Positions 18,252 through 29,453 of a stretch of DNA of 64,000 nt are shown in pieces (within the stretch, counting starts at the first letter, position 1; each line of letters opens with the position of its first letter). The notes below the pieces were generated by a model. That model was not told the origin of the DNA. It searched no databases and was given only the letters and a program-made list of their open reading frames with translations. The translations under genes were made by a program, and so were the position numbers. Origin of the DNA: an uncultured Thermoanaerobaculia bacterium (lineage in GTDB: Bacteria > Acidobacteriota > Thermoanaerobaculia > Multivoradales > Multivoraceae); the NCBI GenBank assembly GCA_951813015.1, contig CATOTG010000011.1, forward strand, positions 129,889 through 193,888, written 5' to 3'.

Positions 18252-21197
18252 TCAACCTCGGCACGCCCGGGCGATCTGCTCGCGCGCGTCCCCGATGTTC
18301 TCGATCCACACGGCGCGCCAGGCGCCGTGGTCGTCCACCCCTCCCGGGCCGCCCGCGGGTCGCCGGGAAACGGCCGGGACCCAGCGCTGCTCCAGGTAGC
18401 GGCGCTTCTGCTCCTCGCTCACCTCACCGGCCCGCAGACCCTTGAACTCGATGACCAGGCAACGGCTGCGCCCGCCGGGCGCCTGCGCCTTCGCGCGGGC
18501 CACGAAGTCCGGTTCCGTGCGTGCCCAGCAGGCGTTCCCGCTGTCGTACCAGGGCACCGTCCAGCCCAGGCGGAAGTTACGCACCCAGGCTTCGACATCG
18601 GGGTGGCGGTCGAGAATCTCCGCAAGTCTGGCCTCGTCGCTCGAGTGGCAGGCGGCGGCGTTCAGTTCCGACTTCGCCGTGTCGTCGTACCAGTACCGCA
18701 GCGTGGTGCGAAAACGGACACTGCCGGTGTCGCTGGTCCGCCCGGCGCCCGGCGCGCGCTGATCCTCGAACACGGCGCCAACACAGGGTTCCCCATCGAG
18801 ACAACGCACGCGGGAGGCGATCGCGTGCAGCGTGTCCTCGTCGAACTGCAGGTCGGTCCAGTCCTCGCAGTCGAGGTTCGGCCGGCAGACGTCGAGGATC
18901 GCGAGAGCATCGAGGAAGGCCTGGCGCCGGTCATCCACGCCGCGCTCCAGCTTCGGCACCAGCTGAGCGGCGGCCTTCCACAGCGCCGTTCGTTCGTCCT
19001 CGGACTGCTGCCGGACGAGGATGGACTCTCCCAGCGGCCCCTCGACCGAGGTGCCGACCAGCGGCCCCCTCGGCGTCACGCGGCGACGCGGCGCGTCACG
19101 CGGCTCGATGCTCCAGCGCGGGGCGCCGCCGCCGTGAGCGTAGCCGGCCAGGTGCGGGAAGCGGAGTCGAAGGTGCTCGCGCCCCGGCAGCGTATGGACG
19201 TCCTGAGGCTCCACCGGAACCGGCGGCGTCCCCGGCGTCCTGCCTCCCGGCCAGGCAAAGGGGACGCCGAACAGATTCGCGTACTCGATGGGCTGCTTCT
19301 CGTCCCGGCCGCTGAACGCCGTCTTGCGCAGCGCGCGGCCGGTGACCTGCTCGCACAGCAGCTGGCTGCCGAAGGCGCGATAGCCGAATATGTGCGTCAC
19401 GTTTCGGGCGTCCCAGCCCTCGGTCAGCATGCCCACCGAGATGACGCAGCGAATGTGCTCTCCGGGTTCGCCCCGGCGACCGACGGACATGAAGACATCG
19501 CGGATCGCCTGCTGCTTCTCGGCCCGCGTGAGGGGCGCGTCAGCTTCGGCAGAGGGGGCGAACAACGCGGCCTGGTCCTCGATCGCCCTGCTGATCGCGT
19601 CGTTGCCGCCGGACGCCGGGTCGTCAAGGCGCGAGTGGACCAGGATGGTGGGTGGCCGTTCGACCGGTTGGCCGGTTGAGCGGTCGGCGTTCGAGAACAG
19701 CTCCAGGTTCCCCGCCTTCCAGACCTCGGCTTCGTCGTCATCCCCGCCGAGCGCCTCGCGGTAGCCGGCGATGTAGCGGTGAAGCGCCGTCGCGTTCCCG
19801 ATCGTGTTGGCGACCACGATCAGAACCGGAATCCGGCCCCTCGCCTCGTAGGCCGGCACGGTCTCTTCGGCATGGTGCTTGTAGAGTTCGTGCAGCGGTT
19901 CCGCGACCGCCGGCGCCAGCGGCTCGCCCAGCGCGCGCCTGTCGTTGTGCAGATACACGTTGCGATAGCGTGGCGCGAGGTGGATCGGCTGGCCGTCGGC
20001 GCCCAACGCCCGGTCGTCGACCGGCACGCGCGGCACCTTGACCAGGCCCGACTCCACGGCATCGAGCAGCGAGAAGTCGGAAACCGTCCACGGAAAGGTC
20101 TCCGCTTCGACCATCGCCGGTCGCCGCAGCCACATCGGCGTGGCCGACAGGTCGAAGACCTGGCCCAGCCGCCGGTGCGCGCGGAGCGCCCGCAGCGCGC
20201 CAAACCAGAGCTCGGCCCGTTTCCTGTCCTCCTTCTCCTCCGCGTCGGCTGCTCCCTTTGCCAGCCTGACGTCCCTCAGCGTGTAGCAGTGATGGGCCTC
20301 GTCGTTCAAAACGGCGATTGGCCCGCCGCCACGGTGGGCCTTGAGCAGGCGGTCGAGCATCTGCCGCTCGCTCTCGATCCATGAGTGGAGGTCCCTGCGG
20401 CCTCGCATCGGACCGTAGAGCAGGTCCTTCTCCTTCCCCGTCGCCGCCTTTCCACCGACGTGCAGGCTGGACTTCCGCTGGAAGGCCTGGAAGTTGAGGA
20501 TCGTCCAGCGCATGCGCTTCACGTCGCCCTGAAACCCGGGTGGCGCCACGGACCGCCAGAGCTCGTCCTTCGGGTTCCGCAGCACCTGCAACCGATCACG
20601 GATCACAAGACCGGGCGCGAGCGCCAGCAGGTCGATCGGACCGTCCGGCTGGCGCACGGCCCACCACAGGGCGATCATCGCCATCAGGTGCGTTTTCCCG
20701 GTGCCGGTCGCCATCTTCGCGGCCACGCGGGGAATGCAGTCGTTCCAGCGGCCGTTGGCCTGCTCAAGCCGCGCAGCGATCCTCGCGCGGGCGTCGGGAG
20801 CGTGTGCCCGACCCGCGTCGAACAGCCAGATCAGCGTCTCGACCGCCTCGCGCTGGCACCAGAACGGACGCATCTCGGCGCGCTCGCCGGCCCAGTCCTC
20901 GAGCAGGCGCCGCACGCGGGGGGCAACACCCTTCCAGCTGGCCGCCCGCCAGTCGTCAACCAGCTCGCGAAGCTCGTTGATCGTCCGGTGCGGCTCGACG
21001 CTCGGGTCAGGCGGCGTCCAGTCCGACTCGTCGCCACGAGGATTGGGCACCGGCAGCTGGGTTGAACTGGGCCGCCGCCCGCTCGCCGTGGCGGCCTTCG
21101 CGCGTCCGTGCCCGTCCAGCTCCCAGTGCCTGTCCGGCGCCGCGTAGGGCGTGTGAAGCACCCAATCCGGCCCAACGCCCTGCTCGCTGTCGCTCAC
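18252..21197 (-). CDS. res: Type III restriction enzyme Res subunit (SF2 helicase + C-terminal PD-(D/E)xK nuclease)
   Basis: Motif I MATGTGKTHLMAMIALW. Motif II VLNDEAHHC. Motif III LSATP. Motif VI VISVGMLTEGWDARNVTHIFGYRAF. C-terminal nuclease motif RCLVIEFKG. Apparent GTG start at 21197. Confidence 0.85.
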   Translation of the reverse strand: MSDSEQGVGPDWVLHTPYAAPDRHWELDGHGRAKAATASGRRPSSTQLPVPNPRGDESDWTPPDPSVEPHRTINELRELVDDWRAASWKGVAPRVRRLLEDWAGERAEMRPFWCQREAVETLIWLFDAGRAHAPDARARIAARLEQANGRWNDCIPRVAAKMATGTGKTHLMAMIALWWAVRQPDGPIDLLALAPGLVIRDRLQVLRNPKDELWRSVAPPGFQGDVKRMRWTILNFQAFQRKSSLHVGGKAATGKEKDLLYGPMRGRRDLHSWIESERQMLDRLLKAHRGGGPIAVLNDEAHHCYTLRDVRLAKGAADAEEKEDRKRAELWFGALRALRAHRRLGQVFDLSATPMWLRRPAMVEAETFPWTVSDFSLLDAVESGLVKVPRVPVDDRALGADGQPIHLAPRYRNVYLHNDRRALGEPLAPAVAEPLHELYKHHAEETVPAYEARGRIPVLIVVANTIGNATALHRYIAGYREALGGDDDEAEVWKAGNLELFSNADRSTGQPVERPPTILVHSRLDDPASGGNDAISRAIEDQAALFAPSAEADAPLTRAEKQQAIRDVFMSVGRRGEPGEHIRCVISVGMLTEGWDARNVTHIFGYRAFGSQLLCEQVTGRALRKTAFSGRDEKQPIEYANLFGVPFAWPGGRTPGTPPVPVEPQDVHTLPGREHLRLRFPHLAGYAHGGGAPRWSIEPRDAPRRRVTPRGPLVGTSVEGPLGESILVRQQSEDERTALWKAAAQLVPKLERGVDDRRQAFLDALAILDVCRPNLDCEDWTDLQFDEDTLHAIASRVRCLDGEPCVGAVFEDQRAPGAGRTSDTGSVRFRTTLRYWYDDTAKSELNAAACHSSDEARLAEILDRHPDVEAWVRNFRLGWTVPWYDSGNACWARTEPDFVARAKAQAPGGRSRCLVIEFKGLRAGEVSEEQKRRYLEQRWVPAVSRRPAGGPGGVDDHGAWRAVWIENIGDAREQIARACRG

Positions 21198-21871
21198 CGT
21201 CGCAGGATCGTAGCGTAGCGCAGCGTGCGGGGAGGAAGCGAAATTCGTCCCGGTAGGCCTCGTCCTGATCCCGGCGCAGCGCAGAGCGCGGGGCCGAAGC
21301 TCCGCGGCGGCGAAAGCAGTTCATCGTGCGCTCCGCCAAGACCCAGCAGCGTTTCGCAGCGACGTCGATCAGTCACTGCCCGCTGCCGTCCTTCAGGATC
21401 GAACTCCGGGATGGACTCTGGAGACCGCTGCCGCGGCCTTCTTCGCCGCTTCCTCTCCGGTCATGACCCGCGCAGAAAGACCTCCTCGACGGCAAGCGGA
21501 GCGAGGCGATCAGTCGAACCGGGCACCGCGTCGAGGCGCTCCGCTCCCCTTATCACACCGTCCGCCTGGTTTGACCAGTCTCCAAAGGGAACATGCCGGA
21601 ACACAAACCTGCCCTCAGCATCGGAAAGGCCTGCCGCGCCAGGTCCAACGCTTTCGCCTCGGCGCGCCGCGCGTCCGAAGCCGCGCTGAGGCCGCGGTTT
21701 CTTGTTGCGGCTCTGAGCGCGTTGAAATAGGGTCCGTCGCATTAGCCCCTCTCATGGCCGGTGTCCACGGTTTCCCGCCACCCTCTCTGCCAACGTACGT
21801 GACACAGGTTCCGTGCCCGTCGGCATCATTGTCACGATGGACTCGGTCATTGCTGCCTGTGGCCAGTTGGG

Positions 21872-22141
21872 GTGGTAGACATGGATCCTCTTCGGACTCG
21901 CATTCGAGACTTCATTCGGCCGCGCCGTCCGGCGCCCGGCTTCGCCTTCCGGTTGATTGCCTGCGCCCTGTTCGCTGCAATAGTCGTCTACGGGAACGTT
22001 CGGGACTCCTCGATGATCTCCGTGGGCGGGGTGCTGAGTTGGGGTTTGATCGTTGCAGCCATCGAGGCATGGCTCCGACGGCGGCGCATCGCTGGCGGAC
22101 TCCGGGAGTTACCCGACTCGGAACCGCCGTCACGCGAATAG
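21872..22141 (+). CDS. hypothetical small membrane protein (2 predicted TM helices)
   Basis: ORF of 89 aa in a locally lower-GC stretch upstream of res. Two hydrophobic helices (LIACALFAAIVVYG; ISVGGVLSWGLIVAAI). No family recognised. Confidence 0.3.
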   Translation: MVDMDPLRTRIRDFIRPRRPAPGFAFRLIACALFAAIVVYGNVRDSSMISVGGVLSWGLIVAAIEAWLRRRRIAGGLRELPDSEPPSRE

Positions 22142-22389
22142 GGGCGGCCGCTCGAGCAGCGGCCCGACCGCCCTGCCCGTCTCCTTGGGTACAACCTTCA
22201 TCCGCCCGTCTTCGAGTCATCGAAGGCGAGCGGATCAACTCCCGGCACGGGAGACGGATGACGATGTCCGCCAGCGGCGTAGCTCGTACGCGATCCGTGC
22301 GCGGAACGGCCGGATTGCGGTGACGGTGGACGTGGAACCGAAACGGCGATGGCCGAGGCCACGCGTTGCAGATGCTGGATCCGCAGACA

Positions 22390-24194
22390 CTACGAGGCGC
22401 CGTCCCGGCCACGGACCGAAGAGTAGACCGAACGGCCGAGCTTCGCGCCGAGAACCTCCCGGAGTTCCTCCTCCGACGCCCGGGTCACGCCGGTGTAGCT
22501 GCCGAACCGGCGCACGAGCAGCTTGCGCCGCTGCGGGCCGATGCCCCGCAGGTCGTCGAAGCGGCTTTGGAGGGTTCGCCGGGAGCGCCGACGGCGGTGG
22601 CGCGACACGGCGAACCGGTGCGCCTCGTCACGCACCTGCTGGAGGACGCGCAGGCCGGCATGGTTCCGCTTCAGCCGCAGCGGCGCGGGTCGCACCGGAA
22701 TGTAGATCTCCTCCTCCCGCTTGGCCAGTCCCACGACCGGCGTCTCGTCGACGCCCAGTTCGGCCAGTGCCTCGAGGGCCGCGTTCAACTGGCCGCGCCC
22801 GCCGTCGATCAGGATCAGGTCCGGCATCTCGCCGACTTCCTTCAGGCGGCGTCGGTAGCGGCGCTCCACCGCCTGCCGGATCGAGGCGAAGTCGTCCGCC
22901 TGCGCCAGGCCGCGGATGTTGAAGCTGCGGTACTCCTTCTTGACCATCCGGCCGTCGCTCCAGACCACCAGGGAGGCGACCGTCTCGCTGCCGCCGAAGG
23001 TCGAGATGTCGAAGCCCTCGATCCGCCGCGGCGGCTCTTCGAGGTCGAGTGCCGTCCGCAACGCCTCGCTGGCCTCGCCGGCGGCGGCGGCGCCGCGGAA
23101 CCGCCGGCGAAAGGCCATCCGGGCGTTGCGGTTCGCCAGCGCCACCCGCTCCGCCTTCGGTCCGCGCGATGGCATCCGGAGGTAGACCTTCGACTCGCGG
23201 CGTTCGCTCAGCCACTCCACCAGAGCCTGCTCACCCTCGATCGGCGCCGGCAGGTGGATCTCCCTGGGAATGAGCGTGGTCCGATCGTAGAGTTGCGGCA
23301 GCAGCTCCGACAGCAGGCGCTCGGCGGTGATCTTCGAAACGCCCTCCCAGAACAACTCGCGGCGATCGAGCACCTGGCCGCCGCGCATGACCAGGACGAC
23401 GACCGCCGCGTTGTCGCCGCGAACGTGGACGCCGAAGATGTCGACGTCCTCGCCCCGGTCCGAACTCAGCTTCCGTCGCTGGCTGATCGATGCGATCTCC
23501 TGCATCGTGTCGCGAAGACGGGCCGCCGTCTCGAACTCCAGGCGGGTCGCCTCTGTCCGCATCCGGCCGCGCAGGTCCCGCAGCAACTCGTCGTTCCTGC
23601 CTGCGAGAAACAGGCGCGCCTTCTCGACCGCCTCGGCATAGGCCTCGTCGGTCGTCAGGCCGTCGACGCAGGGCCCCAGGCAGCGCTTCATGTCGTGGTA
23701 GAGGCAGGGTCGCGGCAGGCTGCCGTCTATCTCGATCCGGCACACCCGGATGCCGAACAGCTTCTGCGTCAGCTTGATCGCCTTCCGCGCCAGACCGGCG
23801 GGAAGGTACGGGCCGTAGTACTCCGCGCCGTCGCGGCGAATGCGCCGGGTGAAGGCAAGGCGCGGATGCCCGTCGGCGAGGGTGAGCTTGAGATAGGGAT
23901 ACGTCTTGTCGTCTCGCAGCCGGATGTTGAACCGCGGCTGCCGGCGCTTGATCCAGTTGTTCTCGAGCAGCAGCGCCTCGGCCTCCGAGTCGGTGACGAC
24001 GAACTCGATATCGGCCGCGTCCTGGAGCATCAGGGCGATGCGTGGATCCTCCGCCCGCACTCGGTAGGACGCCGCACGCCGCCTGAGGGACTTCGCCTTG
24101 CCGACGTACAGCGCCTCGCCGACCTCCCCCTTGAAGATGTAGATCCCCGGCTGATCCGGAAGCTCTCCCAGCCGCTGCCGCAGCTCCCGGCGCA

Positions 24195-24195
<1 letters not shown>
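22390..24195 (-). CDS. uvrC: excinuclease ABC subunit C
   Basis: GIY-YIG N-terminus (PGIYIFKGEVGEALYVGKAKSLRRR...ENNWIKRRQPRFN). UvrBC-binding and endoV/HhH C-terminus. The ATG overlaps the uvrB stop. Confidence 0.9.
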
Positions 24196-26291
<2,096 letters not shown>

Positions 26292-26293
26292 GG

Positions 26294-26761
26294 TCAGACC
26301 TCCGGGCTGGAGGCCGCGGTCCGCTCGAGACGCTCGGTCAGGCGGCGCAAATCGTCGCGGTCAAGCAGTCCCCGCTCCGCCCGCCGCAGCGCGTCGGTGA
26401 GCGCCATCTGCAGCCGACGATTGTCGGCCGGCGTAGCCGGTCGGGTCCGGTAGCGCTCGCGCACGGAATCAAAGGCCCGCTCGAGACGGTTGCGTTCTTC
26501 CGACGTGATGTCCTCAGGCAGTGCCTCCATGATCCGTTCCCGACTCAGGTCCAGGACGAACTCGAGCAGTTCGTCGGCCTGCGTCAGAGCCACCGCGAGG
26601 CCGACCACGAGCAGGAGCGCGAGCAGCCCGCATCCGGCCAGACCCGCAATCAGACAGCCACGCCGCTTTCGGTCCGGATCCCGCGGCCCCGCCGGCGACG
26701 GCTCGGGAAAGGGTTCCGGCAGGGGCGGCAGGCCGCGCGGCTGCTCGGGTTCGGGAGTCAT
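26294..26761 (-). CDS. hypothetical membrane-anchored protein (Pro-rich N-terminus, one TM, helical C-terminal domain)
   Basis: ATG at 26761 gives [21 protein letters not shown]...[24 protein letters not shown]. No family recognised. Confidence 0.45.
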   Translation of the reverse strand: MTPEPEQPRGLPPLPEPFPEPSPAGPRDPDRKRRGCLIAGLAGCGLLALLLVVGLAVALTQADELLEFVLDLSRERIMEALPEDITSEERNRLERAFDSVRERYRTRPATPADNRRLQMALTDALRRAERGLLDRDDLRRLTERLERTAASSPEV

Positions 26762-26784
26762 GAGTCGGGTCGTATGATACGCGC

Positions 26785-29268
26785 GTGATGGAGGCGCCGC
26801 GCAAAGCCCTGCAACCCCTGCGCGACTGGGGCTTGCGGCACTGGCGGTGGCTGACGCCGATCGTCGGTACGCCGGTCGCAGGCGTCCTGCTGGGGATCGG
26901 CGTCGCGGCGGCAATCGATCTGCCGCAGGTCGAAACGGTCGCCGAGTTGACGCCCAGCCAGATCACCCGGCTCCTGGACAGCGAGGGCGAGGTCTTCCGG
27001 AGCTACTCCGTCGAGAAGCGGATCATGCTCGCCGAAGGCGAGGTGCCGGAGGTCTTCGAGCGCGTCCTGCTCAGCGCGGAGGACCGGAACTTCTACGACC
27101 ACGTCGGCTTCGACATCGTCGGCGTGGTACGCGCAACGGTGCAGAACTGGCAGCGGGGCGAGCGGTTCTCCGGCGCTTCGACGATCACGATGCAGGTCGC
27201 GCGAACGCTGTATCTCGGCCGCGAGAAGGTCTGGAGCCGGAAGATCCGCGAGACGCTTCTCGCCATCGAGCTCGAAAAGCGCCTGAGCAAGCAGCAGATC
27301 CTCACGCTCTACTGCAACCTGACCTACTTCGGCCACGGCAACTACGGCCTCGAGGCAGCCTCCCGCTACTACTTCGGCAAACCGGCGGCCGAGCTGGATC
27401 ACGTCGAATCCGCCACTCTCGTGGCCATCTTGCCGGGGCCGAGCGTGTGGACGCCGTATCTGCGACCCGAGGTGGTACGCAACCGCCGCAACACGATCCT
27501 GGGCGTCGTGGCCCAACGCGGCGTGATCACGAGAGAGCAGGCCGAGGAGGCGGCGACGCTGCCGCTCAACGTGGTCAAGCAGCGCGAGACGAAGCCGTTG
27601 GCGCCGCACTTCGCCGAGCGGGTCCGGGTCGACCTGTACTCCACCTACGGCCGAAAGGGCCTCTACGAGCGGGGGCTCAAGGTCAGGACGACCCTGGATC
27701 CGCGGATGCAGAACGCCGCCGAGAAGGCGCTGCGCCAGGGCCTGGTCCGGATCGACCGGTTCCGGGGCTACCGTGGGCCAGCGTCCCACGTCGACCAGGA
27801 CGATCTCGAGGCGGAGGATCTCGCCGAGTCGGTCGGGGGTCTGCTCGCCGCCTGGGTCGGTTTCGAACCGGAGGTCGGCGCCTGGGCGCCCGGTGTCGTC
27901 CTCCGGCGCGGGCGGCGCGACGCGGAGATTCGGATCGGCGACCACCGCTTCGTCCTCCAGCCCGAGGGTTACGAATGGACCCGGCGGGACGCGCCGCCTC
28001 TCAAGAGGGGCGACATCGCCTGGTTCGAACTCCGTCCCGCCGCCGAGGGCGACCAGGACGGCGAAGCGGATCCGGAGATTTCCTTCGCGCTCGAGCTCGT
28101 CCAGGCGCCGACCCTCGAGGGCGCCGTGCTGCTGCTCGAATCGTCGACGGGCGCCATCCGGGCGTTGGTGGGCGGCTGGGACTACGAGCGAAGCGAGTTC
28201 AACCGCGCGATCCAGGCCCGGCGCCAGGTCGGCTCGCTGTTCAAGCCGTTCGTCTTCGGCGCCGCCTTCGAACACGGCTTCACCCCCGCCGACACCCTCT
28301 TCGATGCGCCGGCGGCGTTCGCGGGCGTCGACAACCTGCCCAGCTACAGTCCGCGCAACTACTACCGCAAGTACCTCGGCATCCTGACGTTGCGCAAGGC
28401 GCTCGAGAAGTCGATCAACGTCACCGCGGTCAAGCTCCAGGATGTCGTCGGCGCCGACAGGGTCGTCGATTTCGCCTACCGGACGGGCATCCGTTCGCCG
28501 CTGCCGCCGTATCCCAGTCTTGCCCTCGGCGCCGCCGACCTGACCGTGCTCGAGGTGGCCACCGCCTACGCCACGATCGCCAACCTGGGCGTCCACGTCG
28601 AGCCGTACCTGATCGAAAGCGTGGCGACCCGGGACGGCCGCGAACTCGAGGCCCACGTGCCCCAGGCGTCGACCGTGCTGACGCCGGAGGTCGCGTACCT
28701 GCTGACCCACGTGCTCTCCGGCGTGGTCCAGCGCGGGACGGCCCAGTCGGCCAGGAGCCTGGGACTCGCGGCCGTTGCCGGCAAGACCGGCACGACCGAC
28801 GGTTTCACCGACGCCTGGTTCGCCGGCTACACGCCCCGCTATACCCTCGTGGTCTGGGTCGGCCACGACCAGCAGCGGCGCATCGGCCGCAACATGACCG
28901 GCGCCGCGGCCGCCCTGCCGATCTGGAACGAGGTTCTGCGCCAGGGGGTCGAGGACGGCTGGATCGATCGTCGCGCCACCTTCACCCGACCGAACCGGGT
29001 CCGTCTGGAACGGATCGAGTACAACTCCGGCCTGCGGCCCGCGCGCCGTCCGGTCGGAGGGCAGCACCTGATCGACGAAGCGTTCATCGCCGGTACCGAA
29101 CCGGTGCTCTCCTTCGACCCCGACACGCGCCCCGTCTACGACCTCCCGTGGTACCAGCAGCGCGCCCTCTACGGCGAACCGAAGGCCGGCGAGAACATGC
29201 CCGAGGACGTCACCGACTGGACTCTCATCCGCCATGCCTGGAGGGAAGACGAGGAGGGGGGCTCCTGA
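26785..29268 (+). CDS. mrcA: penicillin-binding protein 1A (bifunctional transglycosylase/transpeptidase)
   Basis: GT51 motifs (EDRNFYDHVGFD; GASTITMQVAR; RKIRE). Transpeptidase SxxK and KTGT (AGKTGTTD). Confidence 0.9.
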   Translation: MMEAPRKALQPLRDWGLRHWRWLTPIVGTPVAGVLLGIGVAAAIDLPQVETVAELTPSQITRLLDSEGEVFRSYSVEKRIMLAEGEVPEVFERVLLSAEDRNFYDHVGFDIVGVVRATVQNWQRGERFSGASTITMQVARTLYLGREKVWSRKIRETLLAIELEKRLSKQQILTLYCNLTYFGHGNYGLEAASRYYFGKPAAELDHVESATLVAILPGPSVWTPYLRPEVVRNRRNTILGVVAQRGVITREQAEEAATLPLNVVKQRETKPLAPHFAERVRVDLYSTYGRKGLYERGLKVRTTLDPRMQNAAEKALRQGLVRIDRFRGYRGPASHVDQDDLEAEDLAESVGGLLAAWVGFEPEVGAWAPGVVLRRGRRDAEIRIGDHRFVLQPEGYEWTRRDAPPLKRGDIAWFELRPAAEGDQDGEADPEISFALELVQAPTLEGAVLLLESSTGAIRALVGGWDYERSEFNRAIQARRQVGSLFKPFVFGAAFEHGFTPADTLFDAPAAFAGVDNLPSYSPRNYYRKYLGILTLRKALEKSINVTAVKLQDVVGADRVVDFAYRTGIRSPLPPYPSLALGAADLTVLEVATAYATIANLGVHVEPYLIESVATRDGRELEAHVPQASTVLTPEVAYLLTHVLSGVVQRGTAQSARSLGLAAVAGKTGTTDGFTDAWFAGYTPRYTLVVWVGHDQQRRIGRNMTGAAAALPIWNEVLRQGVEDGWIDRRATFTRPNRVRLERIEYNSGLRPARRPVGGQHLIDEAFIAGTEPVLSFDPDTRPVYDLPWYQQRALYGEPKAGENMPEDVTDWTLIRHAWREDEEGGS

Positions 29269-29453
29269 ACCGGGGAGGCGCCGCTTCCAGGCCCCGGAAT
29301 GCCGTCTCTCATGAGCCTGGGAGCTTCGGCTCACCCGCCTCTCTCGGCCGCGGCTTTCTTGCGATCGCCGGGCTGAGCAGTCTCGCGTTCGGCCAGCCGA
29401 TCTTCGACCTGCTGAGGCGCACACCCGAGTTCTTCGCGATCAGGCAGCTCGCG

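Noticed and set aside
21198-21870. 670-bp region upstream of res scanned for a small regulatory gene (C-protein/controller) or an integrase remnant
   Set aside because: Only short ORFs with low-complexity translations (for example 21461..21742) and no HTH signature. No repeats matching the island boundaries were found. It is probably the promoter/5'-UTR of res plus the boundary of the insertion.
22146-22164. Hairpin ggccgct-cgagc-agcggcc, considered as the uvrC terminator
   Set aside because: It lies about 230 nt beyond the uvrC stop and directly after the small + ORF stop. The assignment is ambiguous and there is no U-tract, so it was not listed as a feature.
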